DNA of 64,000 nt from an uncultured delta proteobacterium (GCA_963745035.1 CAVUVW010000006.1:24006-88005), one strand, 5' to 3'; shown: positions 1 through 10,758, counted from the first letter of the stretch. A program made the numbers and translations. The notes: generated by a model from the sequence alone, not told the origin.

Positions 1-972
1 TTCGTCCGTCGTGTTGTCGAGATAGTAGGTCTCAACGCCGCGCGCCTCGACGTTGGGGCTCGCGTTCATATGCAAGGATATGAACAGGTCGGCGTCCTCG
101 CCGTTGGCGAGCGCGGTGCGGTCTTCGAGCGGCACGTAGCGATCGTCGCTGCGCGTCAACACCACCTTAACGCCGAGCTCGGCGCGGAGCTTGCGCGCGA
201 GCTTTTTCGCCACCCCGAGCACCAGGTCTTTTTCCGCCGCTCCGCCGACGCCGATGGCGCCGGGATCCTTGCCGCCGTGGCCGGGGTCGAGGACGATCTT
301 GCGCAGGCCGCTTGCCGGCGCTGGCGCTTCGGCTTTTCTCGCTTGGGCTGTCGGACGCGGCGCGACCGACTCCGTCTTCGCCGAAACCTCTTTCGCGGGA
401 AGTTTCCCGCTCGCTGCCCGCCCGGCGATGTCGATCACGAGCCGCGTGGGATCTGCGGTCAGGAAAATATTGTGCGCCCGCAGCTCGTTCATATCGAGCA
501 CGACGCGCACGCTGTCGCCGCCGTGCTGGCCGATACGAACCTGGCGCAGGGCTTCGTCATCCACGGCCAGTGGCTCGTTGGACGCCAACGCCAACCTGGC
601 GCCGATGATGTCGATGTAGATACGCGCCGGCAAACGCTGCACCGGATCTTCTTTTAGGCGGCGCACGTCGAATTTGGCTTCCCGGGAGAGATCGAGCATG
701 ACGCGCGTGAGCTCTTTTGTCGAAATGAATCGCCAAGCGGTTACCTGAACGCCTTCGCCGGTGGCTTCCCTGGCCGAATCGGTCGTTGTCTCGCTACCGG
801 CCGCAGCCTCGGCCCTCCGCCGGCTCTCGCCTGCCCGCGCCGAAGCTGCCGGACGCAGTTCGTTCCTGCCGGCCTGCGCGCGCGCGAGGCGCGCCGAGTC
901 CGTTACCAGATCAGCAGCCGGTACACCAAACATGCCGGCAAGAATGAACAGCGCGACGAGCGGCAGCTTCAT
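1..972 (-). CDS. N-acetylmuramoyl-L-alanine amidase (AmiC-like; runs off window start)
   Basis: Minus strand reads KIVLDPGHGGKDPGAIG (Amidase_3 motif). ATG at 972 has a GGAGG RBS and starts a signal-peptide-like N-terminus MKLPLVALFILAG. Confidence 0.85.
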   Translation of the reverse strand, partial: MKLPLVALFILAGMFGVPAADLVTDSARLARAQAGRNELRPAASARAGESRRRAEAAAGSETTTDSAREATGEGVQVTAWRFISTKELTRVMLDLSREAKFDVRRLKEDPVQRLPARIYIDIIGARLALASNEPLAVDDEALRQVRIGQHGGDSVRVVLDMNELRAHNIFLTADPTRLVIDIAGRAASGKLPAKEVSAKTESVAPRPTAQARKAEAPAPASGLRKIVLDPGHGGKDPGAIGVGGAAEKDLVLGVAKKLARKLRAELGVKVVLTRSDDRYVPLEDRTALANGEDADLFISLHMNASPNVEARGVETYYLDNTTDE

Positions 973-991
973 AGGCTTTGCCTCCAATCGA

Positions 992-3565
992 TCATTTCTT
1001 GGCCTCTTCGGTCAGCCGATAAAGCGCGTTCATGGCGTCGAGCGGCGTCATGGTCGAAACATCGAGCCGATTCAGTTGATCGCGCAAACGACTCTCCGCC
1101 TCGCTAAACAGGCCCATCTGCGCCGGCGCCGCGGCATCGGACCTGGCATCGTGAAACACCCGGGAGCCGTCCCGGCTCGCTTCCAAATGCGCGAGGATCT
1201 CTTTGGCGCGCTCCAGGATCGCGCCCGGCATGCCCGCCAGCCGCGCAACGTGAATGCCGTGGCTGTGGCTCGCCGCGCCTTCGAGCAAGCTGCGCAGAAA
1301 AATGATATCGCCGCGCCATTCCTTGACCGCGAAGTGATAGTTGCGAATCCGCTCCTTGCTCTGCGCCAGGTCGGTCAACTCGTGATAGTGCGTCGCGAAC
1401 AGCGTGCGCGGCCGCTCTGCGGCGTCGTGCAGAGCCTCGGCAACGGCCCAGGCGATCGAGATGCCGTCGAAGGTGCTCGTGCCGCGCCCGACTTCGTCGA
1501 GCAGGATCAGGCTGCGGCGCGTCGCATGGCCCAGAATATTGGCGGTCTCCTTCATTTCGACCATGAACGTCGATTCGCCGCGCGCCAGCGAGTCCGCTGC
1601 GCCGATGCGGGTAAAGATGCGATCGACGATGCCGATGCGCGCTTCGGCGCACGGCACGAAGCTCCCCATCTGGGCGAGGATGACGATCAACGCCACCTGG
1701 CGCATGTAAGTTGATTTGCCGGCCATGTTGGGGCCGGTGAGAAGAATCATCTGCTGCCCATCGGGGTCGAGCGCGCAGTCGTTAGGCACGAAAGCGCCCC
1801 TGCCGAGCGCCGCCTCGACCACTGGATGGCGGCCGTCGCGCAGCGCCAGACCGGCGCCGGCGTCGATGTGCGGCCGGATAAAATGGCGCGATTCAGCGAT
1901 TTCCGCGAGCGACAGCAGCGCATCGAGCATCGCCAGCGCGTTGCTGGTGGTTTTCAATCCGGGATAGTAGGCGGCGACCTGCTCGCGGACTTTTCCGAGG
2001 AGCGTGGTTTCCAACTTTTCAATGAGGCTTTCCGAGTTGAGCACCTTGGCTTCGTATTCTTTCAGATCCGGCGTAATGTAGCGCTCGCCGTTGGCCAACG
2101 TCTGCTTGCGCAGATAGTCGCCCGGAACCGCTTTGAGGTGCGACTTGGTCACTTCGATGTAGTAGCCGAACACCCGGTTGTAGCGCACCTTGAGCGAGTG
2201 GATGCCGGTGCGGCGCCGCTCCTCCGCCTCGAAGCGACGGATCCAGTCCTTGGCGTGGGCTCGCAGGTCGACGATCTCGTCGAGCTCGGCGTCGAAGCCG
2301 GCGCGGATAAAACCGCCGTTCTTCAGCGCCAACGGCGGATCGTCGACGATCGCCCGCTCGATCAAGTTGATTACTGCCGCGAGATCGACCAAGCCGTCGC
2401 GCAGGCGCGCCAGAAGCGTTGCCGTGACCCCGTTGAGCCGGCGGCGAATCTCCTCGACGGCGCCCACCGTCTCTTTGATGGCGACCAGATCCTTCGGAAC
2501 TGCGGAGCCGGCCACGGCGCGCCCGGCGAGTCTTTCGAGATCCTGAATTTTTTCCAGGGCGAGCTTCAACTCCTGGCGCAGCGCATATCGATCGACGAGC
2601 TCCTGGACGCTTTCATGGCGCTCGCCGATCGCCCGCTCATCGGTCAGCGGATAGAGCAGCCATTGGCGCAAGCGCCGCGCGCCCATCGGCGTTACGGTTT
2701 GATCGATGATGAACAGCAGCGAGCCTTTGCGATCGCCGTGGTAGTTGGAGACGAGTTCCAGGCTTTTGCGGGTGCCCTCATCGAGAATCAGATAATGCGC
2801 CGCCTGGTACGGCTCGAGCTCGCGCAGAACCTTGAGCGACTCGGCGGCGTTCGCCTCCAAATAGCGGAGCACGGCGGACGCGGCGCGGACGCCGAGCGCC
2901 GGGGCGGGCTCGGCGATCGAATTCGCCGCCAGTCTGTCGGCTGCGGCATCGGAAAAGAAGTCGTCCGATACCGCGGTGAAATGAATCGCCGGGAATTCGC
3001 GGTAAAGGCGCTCGCGCAGCCGGGCATCGCGTCCGGACAACAGCACTTCGCTCGGCTGGATGCGCCCGAGCTCGTCCACCAGAGCAGCTTCCTCGCTGAG
3101 CTCGGCGCAGCGGAACTCCCCCGTCGTGACATCGGTCAGCGCTAAGCCGAAGGCGTCGCGCGCCGCGCACAGCGCAGTGAGAAAATTGTTGCCGCGGGCG
3201 TCGAGCGCCTCGGCGGCGGTGACCGTGCCCGGCGTGATCACCCGCACGACTTCGCGCTTGACCACGCCCTTGGCCGCCGCCGGGTCCTCCATCTGTTCGC
3301 ACACCGCGACCTTGTGGCCTGCGTCGAGCAATTTTTGGATGTACGGCTCGGCCGAATGATAGGGCACGCCGCACAGCGGCACCGAGCCGTCCGCGTTCTT
3401 GTTGCGCGAGGTGAGCGCGATGTCGAGGACCTTGGCCGCCGTGTGCGCGTCGTCGAAAAACATCTCGTAGAAATCGCCCAGGCGAAAAAACAGAATGGCG
3501 TCGCGGTAGCGCTCCTTGATCTGAAGATACTGTTGCATCATCGGCGTGACTTTGACTGGTTCCAT
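992..3565 (-). CDS. mutS: DNA mismatch repair protein MutS
   Basis: Motifs TPMMQQY, FFRLGDFYEMF, Walker A TGPNMAGKST, ESTFMVEM, DEVGRGTSTFDG, FATHYHELT. Confidence 0.98.
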   Translation of the reverse strand: MEPVKVTPMMQQYLQIKERYRDAILFFRLGDFYEMFFDDAHTAAKVLDIALTSRNKNADGSVPLCGVPYHSAEPYIQKLLDAGHKVAVCEQMEDPAAAKGVVKREVVRVITPGTVTAAEALDARGNNFLTALCAARDAFGLALTDVTTGEFRCAELSEEAALVDELGRIQPSEVLLSGRDARLRERLYREFPAIHFTAVSDDFFSDAAADRLAANSIAEPAPALGVRAASAVLRYLEANAAESLKVLRELEPYQAAHYLILDEGTRKSLELVSNYHGDRKGSLLFIIDQTVTPMGARRLRQWLLYPLTDERAIGERHESVQELVDRYALRQELKLALEKIQDLERLAGRAVAGSAVPKDLVAIKETVGAVEEIRRRLNGVTATLLARLRDGLVDLAAVINLIERAIVDDPPLALKNGGFIRAGFDAELDEIVDLRAHAKDWIRRFEAEERRRTGIHSLKVRYNRVFGYYIEVTKSHLKAVPGDYLRKQTLANGERYITPDLKEYEAKVLNSESLIEKLETTLLGKVREQVAAYYPGLKTTSNALAMLDALLSLAEIAESRHFIRPHIDAGAGLALRDGRHPVVEAALGRGAFVPNDCALDPDGQQMILLTGPNMAGKSTYMRQVALIVILAQMGSFVPCAEARIGIVDRIFTRIGAADSLARGESTFMVEMKETANILGHATRRSLILLDEVGRGTSTFDGISIAWAVAEALHDAAERPRTLFATHYHELTDLAQSKERIRNYHFAVKEWRGDIIFLRSLLEGAASHSHGIHVARLAGMPGAILERAKEILAHLEASRDGSRVFHDARSDAAAPAQMGLFSEAESRLRDQLNRLDVSTMTPLDAMNALYRLTEEAKK

Positions 3566-3569
3566 CGCG

Positions 3570-4046
3570 CTAGACCGCCCTGCCGTTCCTTTCGCCGAGC
3601 CCATGCGCCCTGCGATTCTGACGAGCCGCCACGACCGCGCGCTTGGTATCGCGGTCGAGCTTGCGCACCAGACTGCCGATGCCGAGGGAGAGCACGAACT
3701 GGCGCTTCATCGCCTCGAGGATTTTCTGCCGGTCGTCGGTGATCACGAACAATTCTTCGCCGTCGGTCAAGTATTTCAACGACTCGGCGGCGCGTATGGT
3801 GCGGGCGGCGTTTTCCTTGAGTGGGCGCAAACAGCGGCGGATCATCTGCAGGCTGAAGCCGTGCCGGGCAAGGTCCTGGACGACTTTCAGACAGACGAGA
3901 TCGTGGAAGGAATAGAGCCGCTTGGTGCCGCGCCCTTCGGCGAGCTTGACCGACGGGCGAAGGAAATCCTGCTCGTCCCAATACTGGAGCTGGCGCAAGC
4001 TCACGCCAACGATGCGGCTGACGGTTTTGCTGTCGTAAGTTTCCAT
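3570..4046 (-). CDS. MerR-type HTH transcriptional regulator
   Basis: Contains VSRIVGVSLRQLQYWDEQDFLRPS...RLYSFHDLV; stop lies 4 nt before the mutS start. Confidence 0.85.
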   Translation of the reverse strand: METYDSKTVSRIVGVSLRQLQYWDEQDFLRPSVKLAEGRGTKRLYSFHDLVCLKVVQDLARHGFSLQMIRRCLRPLKENAARTIRAAESLKYLTDGEELFVITDDRQKILEAMKRQFVLSLGIGSLVRKLDRDTKRAVVAARQNRRAHGLGERNGRAV

Positions 4047-4059
4047 CGAGACTCGAACA

Positions 4060-4111
4060 ATGAAAACACGGCTGTTTTCATGACGTTAAACGGCGGCCGG
4101 GCGATTGTCAA
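4060..4111 (-). promoter_or_regulatory. Sigma70-like promoter with palindromic operator for merR-mutS
   Basis: TTGACA (4111-4106), 17 nt spacer, TAACGT (4088-4083), then the inverted repeat ATGAAAACA-N4-TGTTTTCAT (4060-4081). Confidence 0.6.
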
Positions 4112-4255
4112 TGAATTGTATTACGACAGCGCAGCGACTGTGGAGTGACTTCATTTGTCCTGAAGCACAGCCGAAGGATTCAGAGGTGACGGTCAAAATC
4201 AAATGTCATTTTCAGAAACCGGCGCGCATTCATTATTATCTGCGCAGCGCGGCGA

Positions 4256-7200
4256 TCAATGAAAATCCCGGCTGCGCGTGCCGGCAGGCTTGAGATCCAG
4301 GCGCGGCTCCCAAAGCGTTTCGGCGACCAGGTGCACCACGCCGTCTTCGGCTTGCAGCTTGCCGCTGATGCCGAGAAAGCCCGTGGTTTTGGCCAGCACC
4401 GGGTAGCGCTGGAAAACGCTCTCCCACACGACGACGTTGACGAAACCGGTTTCGTCTTCGAGTGTCATGAATACGACTCCGCCCGCCGTGCCCGGCCGCT
4501 GCCGGCAGATCACCAACCCCGCATAACGAACTTTGGCGCCGTCTTGCATCGACGCCACCGTCCGCGCATCAGGCAAGTCCTGACGCACCAGGCCGGCGCG
4601 CAGCGGTGCCAGCGGATGGCGCCTCGTGCTGTGCGACGTCCGGCGATAGTCCCAACCGACTTCTTCGAAGTCGGTGAGCGCGGCGAATGCCGGCGGCGCC
4701 GCGCGCGCCGGCAGCGACAGGGGTTCTTTTTGCGCGCGCGCCAGGCGGCGCACATCCCAAAGCGCCGCGCGCCGGTCAACGCGCAGGCTCTCGAAGGCCC
4801 CCGCCTCCGCCAGCGCGCCGAGAGCCCCTTCATCCAAGCCCGTGCGGCGGGCGAAATCCTCGAGCGACGCGAACGGCGCCCATTCACGCGCACGCGCGAT
4901 CTTCTTCCAATCTTTTTCACCGAAGCCTTTGACGTAGCGCAATCCCATGCGCACGGCGAACCGCTCCGCGCTCTCCGCGCACGGCTCCAGCGTGCAATCC
5001 CAATCACTGGTCTGCATGTCGACGCTGCGCATGACTATGCGATGACGCTTGGCGTCTTCGACGATGGTCGCCGGCGAGTAAAAACCCATCGGCTGAGCGT
5101 TCAACAGCGCGCAGGTGAACTCCGCTGGATAGTGGCATTTGAGCCAAGCTGTCGCGTAAGCGATGAGCGCGAAGCTCGCCGCGTGGCTTTCCGGAAAGCC
5201 GTACTCGCCGAAGCCGCGGATTTGCTCGAAGACCCGCTCGGCGAATTCCACAGCGATGCCTTTGGTCCGCATGCGCGTGATCAGCCGTTCACGGTGGCGC
5301 TCCATCCTGCCGGTGCGGTGCCATGCCGCCATGTCGCGGCGAAGCTGGTCAGCCTCGCCGGGCGTGTAATCCGCCACTACCATCGCAAGGCGCATCACTT
5401 GCTCCTGGAACAGCGGCACGCCGAGGGTTCTTTCGAGCACGGGCTTCAACAAATCATGGGGATAATCCACTTTTTCTTTGCCCTGGCGACGGCGCAAATA
5501 CGGGTGCACCATGCCACCGGTGATCGGCCCGGGGCGGACGATGCTGATCTCGATCACCAGATCGTAGAAGTTTCGCGGCTTAAGCCGCGGCAGCATCGCC
5601 ATCTGGGCACGGCTCTCGATCTGAAACACGCCGATCGTGTCGCTTTTGCAGATCATATCGTAAGTGGCTTCATCGTCACCGGGAATCGTTGCCATGGAAA
5701 GATCGATGCCGCGCTGCTCGCGCAGGAGCTTGAAGCAAAGATCGAGCTGGGTAAGCCCGCCTAGGCCGAGCAAATCGACTTTGAACAGGCCGAGATCTTC
5801 GACGTCGTTTTTATCCCATTGGATGACCGTGCGCTCTTCCATGGTCGCGTTTTCGATGGGAACCAGCTCGGGAATCGGTTCATGGCCGAGCAAAAAGCCG
5901 CCCGGATGGATCGATAGATGACGCGGAAAATCGAGGATCTCATTGGTGAGCTGGAGTAAATGCTCATGCAGGCCGCGGGAAGCATTGAGACCGATTTGTT
6001 CGAGCATTTGCGGGCGGACGTTTTCGTAGGACGAAAGAAATTTGGCGGCACGATCGAGAGCAGTCTCCGACAAGCCTAAAGCTTTGCCGATATCGCGCAG
6101 CGCCGAACGCGCGCGGTAGCGCACCACATTGGCCACCAGCGCGGCGCGGTCGCGGCCGTATTTCTGATAAACGTGCTGGATGACTTCCTCGCGCCGGTCA
6201 TGCTCGATATCGAGATCGATATCCGGCGGCTCGGCGCGCTCTTTCGAGATAAAACGCTCGAACAAACCTCCGATGAGTTTTGGATTAACGGCCGTGATGC
6301 CCAAGCAGTAGCAAACAACGGAGTTCGCCGCGGAACCGCGTCCCTGGCAGAGAATCGCGTTGGCATGGCAAAACTCGACGATCTCTCGCATGGTGAGAAA
6401 ATATCCGGGGTAGTCGAGCGATTCGATGATCTCGAGCTCTTTTTCGATCTGCGCGGCGATGGAATCGGGAATCCCGTCAGGGTAGCGCCGCCGCGCGCCG
6501 TCGAAAGTCTGCTGGCGCAGCCATTCCATCGAGCTCATGCCGTTGGGCAACTGTTCCGACGGATAACGATAGCGGATCTCGCTCAATGAAAAATTGCAAC
6601 GCTCGGCGATTTCCAAAGTCCGCCCGACGGCGGCCGGGTCGTCGGCGAAAAGTTGGGCGAACGCATAGGGCGGCTTGAGCCCGTATTCGGCGTTTGGCTT
6701 CAGCTTTCGCCCGCAGGAGGCGACCGGAATACCGTAGCGTATCGCCGTCAAGACATCCTGCAGGCGCCGGCGCGCCGGGTGGTGATAAAGGATTTCATTG
6801 ACTGCCGCGATTGGGAAACCAAAGCGCTTAGCGCGCTCGCGCAGCCGCGCTTCGTCGATGATTTCATCTTCGCACCGGTGCCGGACGATCCTCCCGTAAA
6901 ACCGATCGCCAAACGCATCGCGAAGGTCGCCGACGATTTGATCCGGATGCATTGCATATCTGGCTGATCCGTTTTCGCCTTCCTGTCCGTCATTCCCGTG
7001 CAAACGGGAATCCGGGTTCGTTGTTCTTGATCCAAAAGCACCCGCCCCGACTTCCGTGTTCGCGGGAGTGACGAACCCTACTTCCCCACCCCACAGTGCA
7101 ATCAGCCCCGCCGCATGCGTGCAAACTTCCCCCCACGTGACGACGCTCTCGCCTTTCTCCGAGCGGAGCCGTCCTTTAGTCAATAGCCGGCAGAGATTAG

Positions 7201-7459
7201 CATAACCGCCGCGATCTTGGCTCAACAGCACAATCGTCGAACCATCGTCGATCGTGACCTGCGATCCAATGATAATTTTCATGCCGAGCTCACGTGCCTT
7301 AATATGCGCGCGCACGACGCCGTAAACTCCGTCGCGGTCCGTCAGCGCGATCGCCGGCAAGCCCAAGCGATGGGCTTCCTCGACTAACTCGTCGGGATGG
7401 CTGGCGCCTTCGAGAAAGGAGAAATTGCTCTTACACCAGAGCGGAACGTAAGAAAACAT
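4256..7459 (-). CDS. dnaE2: Error-prone DNA polymerase DnaE2 (ImuC)
   Basis: PHP N-terminus [50 protein letters not shown], and the C-terminal SRDFH typical of DnaE2. Confidence 0.97.
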   Translation of the reverse strand: MFSYVPLWCKSNFSFLEGASHPDELVEEAHRLGLPAIALTDRDGVYGVVRAHIKARELGMKIIIGSQVTIDDGSTIVLLSQDRGGYANLCRLLTKGRLRSEKGESVVTWGEVCTHAAGLIALWGGEVGFVTPANTEVGAGAFGSRTTNPDSRLHGNDGQEGENGSARYAMHPDQIVGDLRDAFGDRFYGRIVRHRCEDEIIDEARLRERAKRFGFPIAAVNEILYHHPARRRLQDVLTAIRYGIPVASCGRKLKPNAEYGLKPPYAFAQLFADDPAAVGRTLEIAERCNFSLSEIRYRYPSEQLPNGMSSMEWLRQQTFDGARRRYPDGIPDSIAAQIEKELEIIESLDYPGYFLTMREIVEFCHANAILCQGRGSAANSVVCYCLGITAVNPKLIGGLFERFISKERAEPPDIDLDIEHDRREEVIQHVYQKYGRDRAALVANVVRYRARSALRDIGKALGLSETALDRAAKFLSSYENVRPQMLEQIGLNASRGLHEHLLQLTNEILDFPRHLSIHPGGFLLGHEPIPELVPIENATMEERTVIQWDKNDVEDLGLFKVDLLGLGGLTQLDLCFKLLREQRGIDLSMATIPGDDEATYDMICKSDTIGVFQIESRAQMAMLPRLKPRNFYDLVIEISIVRPGPITGGMVHPYLRRRQGKEKVDYPHDLLKPVLERTLGVPLFQEQVMRLAMVVADYTPGEADQLRRDMAAWHRTGRMERHRERLITRMRTKGIAVEFAERVFEQIRGFGEYGFPESHAASFALIAYATAWLKCHYPAEFTCALLNAQPMGFYSPATIVEDAKRHRIVMRSVDMQTSDWDCTLEPCAESAERFAVRMGLRYVKGFGEKDWKKIARAREWAPFASLEDFARRTGLDEGALGALAEAGAFESLRVDRRAALWDVRRLARAQKEPLSLPARAAPPAFAALTDFEEVGWDYRRTSHSTRRHPLAPLRAGLVRQDLPDARTVASMQDGAKVRYAGLVICRQRPGTAGGVVFMTLEDETGFVNVVVWESVFQRYPVLAKTTGFLGISGKLQAEDGVVHLVAETLWEPRLDLKPAGTRSRDFH
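6988..7073. repeat. Palindromic REP/dRS3-like repeat inside dnaE2
   Basis: CGTCATTCCCGTGCAAACGGGAATCC...CGCGGGAGTGACG; same family as the intergenic copies at 30754 and 45477. Confidence 0.8.
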
Positions 7460-7527
7460 GAAAATAATAGAACCGACCACGAAAATAACAAGGAATTGGA
7501 TGCGTGACTGGCGAAGGGTAACCGAGA

Positions 7528-7647
7528 AGCTAACGTTAAGAGGGCATGATGCGGTTTATCTCGCTCGACAGTGTGGCGTGCGCGCGACTTAGACAAACAG
7601 CGCTGCAGGGGCAATGAGTTCCACTCCATTCCTTGGACGCGTTGGAC
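7528..7647 (-). other. Degenerate attC, last site of array 2
   Basis: AGCTAAC (7528) to GTTGGAC (7641-7647) with partial arm complementarity. Confidence 0.45.
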
Positions 7648-7894
7648 GATAGTTTACAGCCGTCAATGGCAAAGGTCTCTTTGCGATCAGCCCGAGGCAT
7701 CAGCATAGATCAATACATCACGAAACACTGCGGCGATTTTTCTGGTTACTTATGGGTACAAAGTCAGCGATCATGGTGAGTGTCGTACGACTTGTATCGC
7801 ACCATCGAGTAGAGATGATCTCCGTTTGAGGGATGTGCCTTGCGATTGCAACGTCGTTGCCGCAGCGAAATATAACCTAAAATGACTTTTCTAC

Positions 7895-7980
7895 ACCCTC
7901 AGCGTGCCGGTTAAGCGCCGCACGCTACCGCATTTGCCTTGGTACTCTATCCATCACGGTCCACCGCAACCGGATTAGGT
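7895..7980 (-). other. Degenerate attC of the DUF1772 cassette
   Basis: The gene's TAA lies in GGACCTAAT, complementary to ATTAGGTCC at the cassette start (8432-8440); CCGGTT/AACCGG arms. Confidence 0.5.
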
Positions 7981-8415
7981 CCAAACCAAAAGCCAGACAT
8001 ACAACCCTGTGGCACCCATGCTCAACAGCGTGCGCACCGCATGAAGACTACCCCATCGCTTCAGCAGCGCCCGCGTTTCCGCCGAGCCGAGTTCGAGATC
8101 CGTGGCGAGGAGCCGGTGATTCGTCGGCATGATTACGATAAAGGTAAAGGGCACGACCGCCCCGATCAGTACCGCCGCCACGAGCCACCCAGCGCTACCG
8201 CCCGTAAACCAGACAGCCATACCGGCGATAGAGCTTACTACTGCCAGAGGAGCTTGCATCCACGTGGCGCGCCGGTAACTCGGCGCCCACTGCAATGCGG
8301 CGACACGCGTTTCAAGGAGCATGCGCGCCGGATGCTCGGCAACGTTGATGTACAGGGCAGCACCCGCGAACAACGACGCACAAATGACTGCCAAGAACTC
8401 GAACGCTTCAGACAC
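7975..8415 (-). CDS. DUF1772 / anthrone oxygenase-like membrane protein (cassette)
   Basis: Hydrophobic protein with LFAGAALYINVAEHPAR, PFTFIVIMPTNHRL and W..LHAVRT motifs. Confidence 0.8.
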   Translation of the reverse strand: MSEAFEFLAVICASLFAGAALYINVAEHPARMLLETRVAALQWAPSYRRATWMQAPLAVVSSIAGMAVWFTGGSAGWLVAAVLIGAVVPFTFIVIMPTNHRLLATDLELGSAETRALLKRWGSLHAVRTLLSMGATGLYVWLLVWT

Positions 8416-8615
8416 CGCTGTGTCTCCGTCGGGACCTAATGTTTGAAAACGAGGCGACTGTAATGGATCACCGGGACTATGGAGCCTAAAAGGTCATTCT
8501 CGGGCCGAGCACACGAAAGAGCCGAAGATCGAAAAGGCGACCCCGGCTCGGCTCGCCGCCGTTGGCTAACTCCATGGCGCTAATCCTATGGTGACGAAGG
8601 TGATATGAAGATCTC

Positions 8616-9851
8616 TCAGCGGACCGGCTGCGTGCGATCCACGGCCGCGCCGCGCAAGATGACCATAGAGATGCGTCGCGTGTTGGTGATGTCGTCCAGC
8701 GGGTTTGCGTCGAGCACGATGAAGTCCGCGCTCTTGCCGGCTTGCAATGTGCCCGTGTCGGCGAGCTGCAGGAATTCGGCTGAATTACGCGTCGCCGCTA
8801 CGATCACCTGCATCGGCGTCATCCCAGCGCTCACCATGTCCAACATCTCTTCGTGCGGCCCCCACGGCCGGTTGCCGTCGGTGCCGAGCGTGATGCGCAC
8901 GCCCGCCGCGTTCAGTTTCGCCAGATTGCGCGCCTGAATCCCGAAGAGGGCCTGCGCCTTTGGCCGGTCCGTGTTGGCCGCTTCGAGCTTCTTCAACTCA
9001 TCGGCCGGAAGGCCCGCCCGCAGCCAGCTTAGATCCACCTTCACGCCGCGATCCGGCAGGTTCGGCGTGAGCACCAGATTCGGCCGCTGCTTGAACATGG
9101 CCACCAGTTCGTCGTCGATGTCCTTGTCGCGAATGCCGTGCGCGAACGCGTCGAGTCCGGCACGGATGAGGCCCTTCGCATCCTCGAGCTCGAAGATATG
9201 CGCCGACACCCGCAGTCCTCGCTTGTGCGCATCGGCGATAATGGCGCTATAGATTTCCGGGGTCATCTTCTGATACTTGCCGTCCCTTGCATCGACCCAG
9301 ATCTTGACGATGTCGACCTTGTTCGCCGCCAACTCCTCCACCGCCTTGCGCCCCTCCGCCGCGCTCTTGACCCAGTAGGGCACGGTGGTGCGCCCCGGCT
9401 CGGGCATCGTGATGCCGCGCCCTGCGCTACGAAACCGCGCGACGCCGGGAATCGTCTCGTTGCGCATATCGAGCAGTCCATAACCGTCGGTGCCCATGCT
9501 CAGCGCGGCACTCACGCCGTAGTAGGCGCGCATTTTTAAGTCCTGTATCAGCGCTTCGCGGGTCTCGCTGAGATGGACGTGAGTGTCGATGATCATCGGC
9601 ATCACGGTCTTGCCGGCGAGGTTCACGCGCGCGGCGCCGGCGGGCACGCGGACGTCGGCGGCCGCGCCGGCCTGGGCGATCTTGGCGCCGTCCACGATCA
9701 ATGTCGCCTTCTCAATCACCCGTCCGTCCCCCACGATCAATCGCGCGCCTTCGTACGCCGTGACGGACCGTTCGGAGGTCGGAACCGCGCATCCGCCAAG
9801 GAAACCAAGAGCAACGATTGCCGCGACTACAACTACATTCACTCGGTGCAT
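8616..9851 (-). CDS. Amidohydrolase family lipoprotein (cassette)
   Basis: IDTHVH, AH...H, LGTDGN and GKSADFIVLDANPLDDI motifs; LGGC lipobox. Confidence 0.85.
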   Translation of the reverse strand: MHRVNVVVVAAIVALGFLGGCAVPTSERSVTAYEGARLIVGDGRVIEKATLIVDGAKIAQAGAAADVRVPAGAARVNLAGKTVMPMIIDTHVHLSETREALIQDLKMRAYYGVSAALSMGTDGYGLLDMRNETIPGVARFRSAGRGITMPEPGRTTVPYWVKSAAEGRKAVEELAANKVDIVKIWVDARDGKYQKMTPEIYSAIIADAHKRGLRVSAHIFELEDAKGLIRAGLDAFAHGIRDKDIDDELVAMFKQRPNLVLTPNLPDRGVKVDLSWLRAGLPADELKKLEAANTDRPKAQALFGIQARNLAKLNAAGVRITLGTDGNRPWGPHEEMLDMVSAGMTPMQVIVAATRNSAEFLQLADTGTLQAGKSADFIVLDANPLDDITNTRRISMVILRGAAVDRTQPVR

Positions 9852-9874
9852 GGGAACCTCCTCCATAAATATGT

Positions 9875-9934
9875 TTCTAACGCCTGAACTAACCCGAGCC
9901 GCGGAGCGGTGTCGGCTTGAAAGAATTGTTAGAC
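9875..9934 (-). other. attC
   Basis: TTCTAAC...GTTAGAC, 60 bp, with imperfect AGCCG/CGGCT arms. Confidence 0.7.
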
Positions 9935-9964
9935 AACAACTGTTCACCTCCTGTATCGGACATT

Positions 9965-10050
9965 GCATAACGCTATGCCGCTGAGCCGCTGTTACATTCG
10001 AAATCACCCGTCATGGACTCTTGCCGTCGGCTCCAGCGGCGTTGTTAGAC
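9965..10050 (-). other. attC
   Basis: GCATAAC...GTTAGAC; arms GCCGCTGAGCCG and CGGCTCCAGCGGC with an extrahelical base. Confidence 0.85.
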
Positions 10051-10070
10051 GGTTTACCCAAACGCGTAAG

Positions 10071-10580
10071 CTATGAAGCCGCCATAACTTCCCCACAATT
10101 CTTGCAAGTCCGAAATTCCCTATTTTCGAAGAACCGCTGATAAGCCTTAGAAACAGGATCGTCTCGATAGTCTTTCACGATGAACGTTTCCTCATGGAGC
10201 AAAGCATCACACTTCTGGCAAAACCAATGGAAACGATCGATTTCGCCTTCATGCCGCTTGCGCTCCAGCACGAAAGTGAAGGTGTCGGGCGCACGACGGG
10301 GTGAGTGTGGTACGCCGGCTGGAATGCGAATGACCGATCCTTCGGGAATGGCAGCAATCTCTTCTCGACCTGACGCCGTCCGATAATGCAGGCGCATCTC
10401 TCCCCTAATCATGTATATGACTTCATCGCTTGGGTTCGTGTGAAACTCGGAGCGGTACTCCCGTCCTCGAGCGACAAAAGCGACGGACTCAGACTCCTGC
10501 CACTGGACGCCGACCGCCTTGCCGCTCTCGGTGAGCTGCCGATATTGATCCGCTAGGTTAACGATTGAGATCAGAGACAT
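10071..10580 (-). CDS. 3-hydroxyanthranilate 3,4-dioxygenase-like cupin (cassette)
   Basis: R.EFH.NPSDE and IPAGVPHSPRR motifs, with rubredoxin-like CQKC and CKNC. Confidence 0.85.
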   Translation of the reverse strand: MSLISIVNLADQYRQLTESGKAVGVQWQESESVAFVARGREYRSEFHTNPSDEVIYMIRGEMRLHYRTASGREEIAAIPEGSVIRIPAGVPHSPRRAPDTFTFVLERKRHEGEIDRFHWFCQKCDALLHEETFIVKDYRDDPVSKAYQRFFENREFRTCKNCGEVMAAS

Positions 10581-10630
10581 AAGATACCTCCATTCTAAGG
10601 TGAGACCGTAGGCGTCTACGACGAAATGCC

Positions 10631-10690
10631 GTCTAACGTTTTGGGTGAGAGGCGCGGTCCGCCGCGTCGGTCTCAACCCAATGGTTAGAC
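10631..10690 (-). other. attC
   Basis: GTCTAAC...GTTAGAC; arms TTGGGTGAGA..GCGG and CCGCGTCGGTCTCAACCCAA. Confidence 0.9.
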
Positions 10691-10758
10691 TCGCATTGCA
10701 TTACCCCGGAAGAGTGAGCAATGTGCATACGACCTCCTCGTGTCTTCACATCGAACAG

